From positions 1-49,437 of the forward strand of contig JAGDXV010000021.1 in the NCBI GenBank assembly GCA_023261805.1: a DNA stretch of 49,437 nucleotides, written 5' to 3'. Both the position numbers and the translations under genes were made by a program. The first letter of the stretch is position 1. Each line of letters begins with the position of its first letter. Under the pieces are notes generated by a model that saw only the letters and a program-made list of their open reading frames with translations, made no database searches and had not been told where the DNA came from. The DNA is from Candidatus Parvarchaeota archaeon. GTDB taxonomy: Archaea > Nanobdellota > Nanobdellia > Parvarchaeales > Parvarchaeaceae. This document shows, in pieces, positions 43,141-49,437 of the stretch.

Positions 43141-45375
43141 ATGGAGGCAAGAAATTACACGGTAACGAGGGAAGAGGGGGACATAATCCTAACTCTGAAT
43201 GTCCCTCTGAATGTTCTTTACACGAACCCGGAAGACAATGAGGACATTTTTGAAAGAGTTGTGAATGCACTGATAGAGTCTGGCAATGCCACGTCCTTAG
43301 TGATATCGAGCGATAGAAACTACGTTTACGTGAAGGAGCAAGTTGATCTCTTCAACGGTGTCGCAAACGCCTACAAACAGCTTCTTCAGTCGGATATTGT
43401 CAAACCGTTCAGCCCGGATGCGAGGAGGGACTTTCCATCTGAGGTTTCGATGTTCGATTATATTCTTTATTCGAAGTTCAAGAGGGATCCGATAGGTGCG
43501 TATGTTCTAGGTGTGAGGGCATTGAGGGAAATGCGGGTCAAGGCGGAGAGGATCAAATCACCAGAATTGGAGCAGATAATAAATCAGTTCACAGAGCTGG
43601 TGGATGTCCTTGGAAAATTGGAGATCGTGAAGAGAAGCTACGATTATGTCCTTGGCTATAAAGTTGGAGATAGAGCACCTTACAAGGCGCTTCTTAGGCC
43701 GTTGATCAGGCCGAACTTCACGTACACGCGTATAATGGCTGAAGCACCGGTCTCTGCGGTGGAAATTGAGAGCTATAAGATAAACGATGCGGACGGGAGC
43801 GATGTCACAATATACAAGATACCTGGAGTTTCAAATTACCTGTACCATCTTTTTCCCCCTGAGTTAAGCTTGAATGTCGATGAATACAACCTTCTTGATC
43901 AAGTTAGGGCGGCCTTCATAGACTACAAGCCACAGGAGGCGGAATTCACAAACCCTCTGAGGATGAGGGAGGTCTTCTTCAACATAGGGAGGGATATGCT
44001 TGATGATCTGAATGTTAAGTTCAAATACAATCTTAAGTATCAGGAGATAGAAAAGCTCGCCAGGATCCTGGTCAGACTGACGGTCGGGTTTGGGATGACT
44101 GAGGTTGTTCTTTCCGATGAAAATGTGGAAGATGTGTATGTCAATGCACCTATAGGCTTGTCCACCCTTTTCATAAAGCATTCCAAATACGGTGAATGTT
44201 CATCGAACATCGTACCAAATGCTAAGGAGATAGATGCGTGGGCATCTAGGTTCAGATTGATGTCAGGAAGACCACTGGATGAGGGTCATCCGATCCTGGA
44301 TACGGAACTTGAAACTGAGAATGTCAGGGCAAGGGTAGCGATAGCACAGAGGCCCCTTTCACCAGGCGGGGTTAGCATAGCCTTCAGGAGGCACAGAAGC
44401 GAACCATGGACGATGCCGCTTTTCATAGACAATAAGATGGTCTCCCCTTTTGCCGCGGGCCTGCTTTGGTATCTTGTTGAGGGAGCGAGGACGATACTGA
44501 TAAGTGGAACCAGGGGGGCGGGGAAAACATCTCTTATGAGTGCGATGATGTCCCTCTTGATGAAGAAATACAGGATAATAACCGTTGAGGATACGCTTGA
44601 GCTTCCTATAGATTCATTTATAGGTTTAGGTTACGATATTCTCTCGATGAAAGTACAGAGCGCCATCTTCGGCGAGAAATCCGAACTTTCAGCGGAGGAG
44701 GGGATAAGGACCACCTTGCGTTTGGGCGATAGCGCCCTTGTGATAGGTGAGGTCAGGAGCACGGAGGCGAAGGCCCTCTACGAGGCGATGCGTGTGGGCG
44801 CCCTTTCAAACGTCGTCATGGGGACGATACACAGCGAGAACCCATACGGTGTTTTCGACAGAGTTGTAAACGATCTTGGTGTTCCAGTCACAAGTTTCAA
44901 GGCTACCGACATAATCGTTTCAGCTAACAAGATCAAGAGCATCGACAGGCTCACTGAGAAACGCCGTGTTCTTAACATCACAGAGGTTAGGAAGGACTGG
45001 ACAAAAGATCCACAGTATGAAGGGGGATTTGTTGACCTCGTTAAGTACGACATAGAAAAAGATGAACTGATTCCGACAGGAGATCTCCTTGAGGGCGATA
45101 GTTACGTTGTGAAACAGGTGGCTTCCAATGTGAAGGGATGGGCAGGGAATTGGGACGCTGTCCTTGAAAATATACAAACGAAAGGGGAGATACTCGATGC
45201 GATCGTAAAGTACGCAAAGAAGACCGGAAACAGATCAATTCTTGAGGCGAAATTCACATCGAAAGCGATAGACGCGTACTATGACATAATAGCCAATCTC
45301 AATGCGAAGTATGGCTACGCTGAATCTGGCAGTGTTAAAAGCGCATTCAATCTATGGCTAGAAGCACAAAAGTGA
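43141..45375 (+). CDS. FlaI/PilB-family type IV filament ATPase with extended N-terminal region (744 aa)
   Basis: Walker A SGTRGAGKTS, ITVEDTLEL, Walker B region GDSALVIGEVRS, His box MGTIHSE. Starts 8 nt after the S53 gene stop. Confidence 0.85.
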   Translation: MEARNYTVTREEGDIILTLNVPLNVLYTNPEDNEDIFERVVNALIESGNATSLVISSDRNYVYVKEQVDLFNGVANAYKQLLQSDIVKPFSPDARRDFPSEVSMFDYILYSKFKRDPIGAYVLGVRALREMRVKAERIKSPELEQIINQFTELVDVLGKLEIVKRSYDYVLGYKVGDRAPYKALLRPLIRPNFTYTRIMAEAPVSAVEIESYKINDADGSDVTIYKIPGVSNYLYHLFPPELSLNVDEYNLLDQVRAAFIDYKPQEAEFTNPLRMREVFFNIGRDMLDDLNVKFKYNLKYQEIEKLARILVRLTVGFGMTEVVLSDENVEDVYVNAPIGLSTLFIKHSKYGECSSNIVPNAKEIDAWASRFRLMSGRPLDEGHPILDTELETENVRARVAIAQRPLSPGGVSIAFRRHRSEPWTMPLFIDNKMVSPFAAGLLWYLVEGARTILISGTRGAGKTSLMSAMMSLLMKKYRIITVEDTLELPIDSFIGLGYDILSMKVQSAIFGEKSELSAEEGIRTTLRLGDSALVIGEVRSTEAKALYEAMRVGALSNVVMGTIHSENPYGVFDRVVNDLGVPVTSFKATDIIVSANKIKSIDRLTEKRRVLNITEVRKDWTKDPQYEGGFVDLVKYDIEKDELIPTGDLLEGDSYVVKQVASNVKGWAGNWDAVLENIQTKGEILDAIVKYAKKTGNRSILEAKFTSKAIDAYYDIIANLNAKYGYAESGSVKSAFNLWLEAQK

Positions 45376-47450
45376 GCGGAGACTACATAGACAAGTATTA
45401 CCTCAGCGGGGAACTGATACCGCAGGATCTCTATCAGAGTGACGCCCGTATAAGAGAAGAGGTCAAATCATTAGAGTATAAACTTTTCAAGCAGAAGAAC
45501 CCCTCACTTTTCTCAAGGATAATCAGGCTTGGATCCAATACCTTAGGCAGAGTTATAAAGTTTAACATCAATCCAGAGCAGGAGAAGAAGATTAACACGA
45601 TGATTTACCTCATCGGAGGGGACTACGATGCAAGGGAGCTTTATGGTTTCTCAATCTCAGTTCTCATTCTTGGGATGATCATAGGTGCCGCCCTTCTCAT
45701 ATTAGGCCAATACTTAGCAGGCATCGGTGCCATAGCAGCTGGGATCATTCTGATGCCGCTTATACAATCCTATCCAAAAAGAGAATTGAATATTAGGATG
45801 AGCAAGGCATCTAGCGATCTTGTGACTTTTGTTCTATATCTCGTCATATCAATGCGTCAAACCCCAAATTTAGAGACAGCTGTCCAATTTGCGTCAGATA
45901 ACCTTTCAAGCTATCTCGCTTTTGATCTTAAGAAGCTGATTTGGGACACGGCAGCAAGAAAATACAAGAACATAAAAGATGCCTTGGATGATTACTCAAC
46001 AAGATGGGCGAAGACGAGTCCAGCCTTCGTGGATTCGATATTTCTCATCGAGAGTTCGCTTTATCAAAGGGACGAAGAGACAAGACTTGAGCTGTTGGAT
46101 GAGGCATCCAATAGGATCCTGACAGGAACGCTGGAGATGATGAATACATATGCGATGTCCTTGAAGGAGCCTTTGAATATGATATACATGATGGGTATGG
46201 TCCTTCCCGTCCTCGGTCTGGTCCTTGCGCCGATGCTGATGGCTTTTGTAGCCATACCAGATTTCGGTCCTATGCTTTTTGTTGGTTACGATATAATTCT
46301 GCCTTTGATGATATATTTCATGATAAGAGACAGGCTCATCGCCAGACCGGCAGGTTTTGCTCCGCCGGATGTCGACAGGATACCAAACATACCAAAGATA
46401 GGGCACTTTTTTATCAAGATAGGAAAGAAGAAATATGATATCAATGCGATATTCCCAGCTATAGCCGTTTTTGTAGTCTTTCTAGCGGTATTCCTTTATC
46501 TTTCCCCATTGCTCGTAAACTTCTCTCCAGTCCAAGTTTACATCTCTCTCATCCTCACCGCAGGCATAGGCATGTCAATATACACATACCTTAAGCTTTC
46601 AATCTTTCAGATAAAAGCGGTGAGGGATCAGATAGCTTCGATAGAGAATTCATTCGCTGCGGCAACGTTTCAGCTTAGTTCATTCCTGTCGCAGGGGATG
46701 CCGGCAGAGACGGCCATAGTGAAAGTAAGCGAATCGATGAGGAACACTCCAGTATCGACTTTCTTTGATGTCACTGTAAACAACATAAAGCAGTTAGGCA
46801 TGAGTCTTAAAGATGCACTTTTCGATCCGGAGAACGGATCGACGGTTTTCTTTCCATCAGCGATGGTGATCGCTTCTATGAAGGTTTTCATGGAATCGGC
46901 GGAGAAAACCGTCAGGATAGCTGCGATGGCCATGTTATCTATATCAAGGCATCTCACAAATTTGAAGAGGATAGACGATGAGATAAAGAATCTCTTGGAT
47001 GATGTTACATCGGGAATGCGCGTTGAGGTTGGTCTTCTCAGCCCAGTGATGGCGGGTATCGTAGTCGGGATGACAACCCTCATAGGTTCTGTTCTGACTT
47101 CACTTTCATCCTCTATATCATCTATAAGTTCGGATCTTGGAAGCTCATCAGGCCTTGGTGGAGCGAACAGCGCTCTCCCCCTCGCTTTCGGTCTTTTTAA
47201 TCTTTCGGGCGGGGCCATACCACTTTATGTTTTTCAACTTGTCATCGGAATATATCTGATCTTCCTAGGCATCATAATAGGTTATTCGATAGCCAACATA
47301 GACCAACCAAACGATCCGATCGAGATAAGGGAAAAGATAGCCTCTGTCATCTTCAGTTCTATCATAATATATATCCTCATAGCTTTCATCACAACCTTTG
47401 CATTTGCCTCTTTAGGCAGCTCCGTCCTTTCGGCGACTCAGTTCATGTGA
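45354..47450 (+). CDS. FlaJ/PilC-like polytopic membrane platform protein (two T2SSF-like domains, 698 aa)
   Basis: Two cytoplasmic T2SSF-like domains (MRQTPNLETAVQFASDN... and LSQGMPAETAIVKVSESM...), each followed by TM bundles. Ser-rich loop SLSSSISSISSDLGSSSG. Overlaps the ATPase gene by 22 nt. Confidence 0.8.
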   Translation: MARSTKVSGDYIDKYYLSGELIPQDLYQSDARIREEVKSLEYKLFKQKNPSLFSRIIRLGSNTLGRVIKFNINPEQEKKINTMIYLIGGDYDARELYGFSISVLILGMIIGAALLILGQYLAGIGAIAAGIILMPLIQSYPKRELNIRMSKASSDLVTFVLYLVISMRQTPNLETAVQFASDNLSSYLAFDLKKLIWDTAARKYKNIKDALDDYSTRWAKTSPAFVDSIFLIESSLYQRDEETRLELLDEASNRILTGTLEMMNTYAMSLKEPLNMIYMMGMVLPVLGLVLAPMLMAFVAIPDFGPMLFVGYDIILPLMIYFMIRDRLIARPAGFAPPDVDRIPNIPKIGHFFIKIGKKKYDINAIFPAIAVFVVFLAVFLYLSPLLVNFSPVQVYISLILTAGIGMSIYTYLKLSIFQIKAVRDQIASIENSFAAATFQLSSFLSQGMPAETAIVKVSESMRNTPVSTFFDVTVNNIKQLGMSLKDALFDPENGSTVFFPSAMVIASMKVFMESAEKTVRIAAMAMLSISRHLTNLKRIDDEIKNLLDDVTSGMRVEVGLLSPVMAGIVVGMTTLIGSVLTSLSSSISSISSDLGSSSGLGGANSALPLAFGLFNLSGGAIPLYVFQLVIGIYLIFLGIIIGYSIANIDQPNDPIEIREKIASVIFSSIIIYILIAFITTFAFASLGSSVLSATQFM

Positions 47451-47468
47451 TTAAAAAATTCATTCTTT

Positions 47469-48455
47469 TCAGCAAACAACATTCCTAAGTCCGCTACCTT
47501 TTAGCATACCTGATAGGTTTTCTAGCGTCTCATCTATTATCCTCTCAAGCGCTTCATTAGTGTTGTAAGCGATATGTGGAGTAAGGATGACATTGTCGTA
47601 TCTCTTCAATATGCTGTCTTCTAAGGCCAATTTTATAGTGTCATAACTTTCTCCTTTTCTTATGATTTCCATTTCCTTTCCTGCGAACTCTTCTCCCTCT
47701 ATCACATCGAGTGCAGCTCCAGCCAGCGTTTTTGATTCGATCCCATTTATTATGGCTTCAGTGTCCACCACCGCCCCTCTGGATGTGTTAATAAGGTAGG
47801 AGCCCTTTTTCATTCGGAGGATATTGTCCTTATTTATAAGATGATATGTCTCCTTCGTCAGAGGCACATGAAGCGTCACGATATCAGAGGAATTCAATAA
47901 TTCTTCAAGTTCAACCTTGACACCGCCGATACTGTCTATAAGTTGATTGTTTCTGTGTGAATCATACAGGATCCTCATCCCAAACGCTTTGGCTATCTGA
48001 GCCACAATCGTGCCTATCCTTCCCGCGCCTATTATTCCGATGGTTTTTCCATTCAACTCAGAGCCTGGCATGGTGTTTGCTTCACCTCTGCGATTTAGAT
48101 TGATTCCTCTCAAAAGGGAGAGGATCAAGAGGAAGGTGAACTCAGCAACTGTGCGGTCCCCATAGTCCGGAACGTTGCAAACCTTTATTCCTCGTCTTTT
48201 GCATTCATCGATGTCTATGTGGTCGAACCCGGTTGATCTTGTGAGGATCAGCTTCAGATCAGCAAATTTATCAAGTGTTTCCTTTCTTAGTTGGGAGTTA
48301 ATGAAAACGGAGATCACATCTGCGGAATAATCGTCCACCTGCGCGGAATCGACATCAGATCTGTTGATCTTAATGTTTATTTCCTTGTTCTTTTCGGCGA
48401 AGTCATTTATTTTCTTTTCCTCAAGTTCACTTGCATCAAAGAAAACAACCTTCAT
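47469..48455 (-). CDS. D-isomer-specific 2-hydroxyacid dehydrogenase (NAD-binding)
   Basis: GIIGAGRIGTIVA Rossmann motif; catalytic R, E and H in NTSRGAVVD...DV...E and TPHIAYNT. Confidence 0.88.
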   Translation of the reverse strand: MKVVFFDASELEEKKINDFAEKNKEINIKINRSDVDSAQVDDYSADVISVFINSQLRKETLDKFADLKLILTRSTGFDHIDIDECKRRGIKVCNVPDYGDRTVAEFTFLLILSLLRGINLNRRGEANTMPGSELNGKTIGIIGAGRIGTIVAQIAKAFGMRILYDSHRNNQLIDSIGGVKVELEELLNSSDIVTLHVPLTKETYHLINKDNILRMKKGSYLINTSRGAVVDTEAIINGIESKTLAGAALDVIEGEEFAGKEMEIIRKGESYDTIKLALEDSILKRYDNVILTPHIAYNTNEALERIIDETLENLSGMLKGSGLRNVVC

Positions 48456-48575
48456 ACAATTTATGTCTGTTTCTACAAATTAATGCCTTTTTGTGGCTGT
48501 AGTCTTCAGCATTTCCAAAGCTAGTAAATATGCTTTTAAATCAATGTTGCTTAGGAAATAATGAGGTGATTTAAA

Positions 48576-48755
48576 ATGGCGGATTTTGTGAGGAAAAGCT
48601 CCGTTAAGGAGGAAGTGAAGAAGGTCGGCAAGGACATGAGGTGTCCTGATGAAACCGTTGAGGGCCTCGATAAATTAGTCAAGCAATTGATAGCTAAGGC
48701 TGTTGAGAGGGCCAAGGCGGATGGTAGGAAGACCGTAAGACCGCACGACTTCTGA
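48576..48755 (+). CDS. small histone-fold protein (59 aa, ends at the start of helix alpha-3)
   Basis: Below the ORF-track cut-off. Own translation MADFVRKSSVKEEVKKVGKDMRCPDETVEGLDKLVKQLIAKAVERAKADGRKTVRPHDF. It aligns by eye with archaeal histone HMfB (...ERVSDDA...IASEAIKLARHAGRKTIKAEDI...). gaggtga lies 7 nt upstream of the ATG. Confidence 0.6.
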   Translation: MADFVRKSSVKEEVKKVGKDMRCPDETVEGLDKLVKQLIAKAVERAKADGRKTVRPHDF

Positions 48756-48808
48756 ATTCATCCGAAAACTTTGTTGTCTTTTTATTTTAATCTTTTCTTA
48801 TTCTTTTT

Positions 48809-49264
48809 GTGGTTGACATACCTTCAGTACTTGGTGTGGTGATAATAATTGTTGGAGTCATCACTCTCATAAGGATCATCAAGCCGCTTTTGGAAGGGAT
48901 CATAATCGTCGTTGTCATCGTCATCGGCAGTCTCCTTCTCTTTCATTCTGCCCCGATAATAGGCTTGCCAAACTTTCATATGCCCGTATCAACAGGTTTG
49001 AACATTTTTGATGCCCAGCCTGGAAATGGGAACACGACGGATGTAATTGTTTTCAATGCTTACACGTTCTCACTTGATTCATTCACTGCGACACTTAATA
49101 ATAAGCCAGTTGGAGTTCTAGACAAAAACCTTGTGATACCTCCGCTGAAATTTGGTGTTTTGATCCTCAATTCAACGGGCAAAGGGGTGATAACTCTTCA
49201 GGGGATGACGAATATTCTCGGCTTTAACCTTGGGAGTATGACAGCAGAGTACAATTATACATGA
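48809..49264 (+). CDS. hypothetical membrane-anchored extracellular protein
   Basis: Two N-terminal hydrophobic helices followed by a beta-rich domain of about 90 aa with sequons; GTG start. Confidence 0.4.
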   Translation: MVDIPSVLGVVIIIVGVITLIRIIKPLLEGIIIVVVIVIGSLLLFHSAPIIGLPNFHMPVSTGLNIFDAQPGNGNTTDVIVFNAYTFSLDSFTATLNNKPVGVLDKNLVIPPLKFGVLILNSTGKGVITLQGMTNILGFNLGSMTAEYNYT

Positions 49265-49365
49265 AATCAGACCGTAGAGACGGGTAATAGTGAAGCTGGA
49301 TCTCCACGGTCATGAATATCATCAATCAAAAGACTTAAATATTCCTACTTCTATAGAATATAACT

Positions 49366-49437
49366 ATGCATACAAACCCCCTTTATACCAATAGAAAATC
49401 ACAGTCAGCCCTAGAATACATGATGACCTATGGCTGG
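49366..49437 (+). CDS. class III (type IV prepilin-like) signal-peptide protein, partial (only the first 24 codons are in the window)
   Basis: ATG at 49366; own translation MHTNPLYTNRKSQSALEYMMTYGW has the (K/R)xQSAxEY(L/M)xTYGW prepilin motif. The frame is open to the window end. Confidence 0.5.
   Translation, partial: MHTNPLYTNRKSQSALEYMMTYGW

Noticed and set aside
45996-47218. Minus-strand ORFs 45996..46406, 46064..46255 and 46670..47218 (up to 182 aa).
   Set aside because: They are antisense to the FlaJ-like platform gene, with no TM or motif logic of their own.
43141-47450. Interpreting the FlaI-like/FlaJ-like pair as an archaellum (motility) operon.
   Set aside because: No archaellin (FlaA/B) or FlaC-H/X genes lie adjacent, and the upstream gene is a protease. 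Both proteins also seem too long for typical archaellum components. The call is kept as a generic type IV filament module.
1-49437. CRISPR arrays, rRNA genes and IS/transposase genes.
   Set aside because: No regularly spaced direct repeats, no rRNA-like conserved stretches and no transposase-like ORFs were found on reading either strand.

Overview
Low-GC archaeal chromosomal segment with TATA-box promoters close to start codons and many ATGA-type start/stop overlaps. An S53 acid protease, sequon-rich surface proteins and fragmented ribosomal and nuo operons suggest a small-genome acidophilic archaeon (DPANN/ARMAN-like or Thermoplasmata-related); this is inference only. Content: orc1/cdc6 next to an ORB/DUE-type replication origin. 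A tight 3-gene operon encodes a giant Gly/Asn-rich surface protein, a Zn-ribbon/wHTH protein and a HerA/FtsK-type ATPase. Also present are a two-subunit 2-oxoacid:ferredoxin oxidoreductase, a Tad/Epd-like pilus module (ATPase plus two half-size platform genes), tRNA-Val and tRNA-Gln. A replication/translation cluster holds MCM, an OB-fold protein, aIF2-beta and a DUF424-like protein. Next come nuoABCDHI without the antiporter-like subunits, an isolated L2-S19-L22-S3 block, PMM/PGM, RPA, GH1 and cysS. An eL43-RpoP-Pcc1-prefoldin-beta cluster is followed by hjc, Sec61-beta and eL42-eS27. A second type-IV-filament-like module pairs a long FlaI-like ATPase and a long FlaJ-like platform with a membrane-anchored S53 peptidase. 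Prepilin-like genes sit at both window edges. No CRISPR array, IS element or integrase was seen. The best-supported novelty is a circularly permuted tRNA-Lys(UUU) gene at 11980-12054. Its 3' segment lies upstream of its 5' segment, a canonical bulge-helix-bulge forms from the flanks, and it is hidden under a spurious N-terminal ORF extension. Weaker system-level candidates are the surface-protein/ZnR-wHTH/HerA-like operon and the S53/FlaI-like/FlaJ-like operon.
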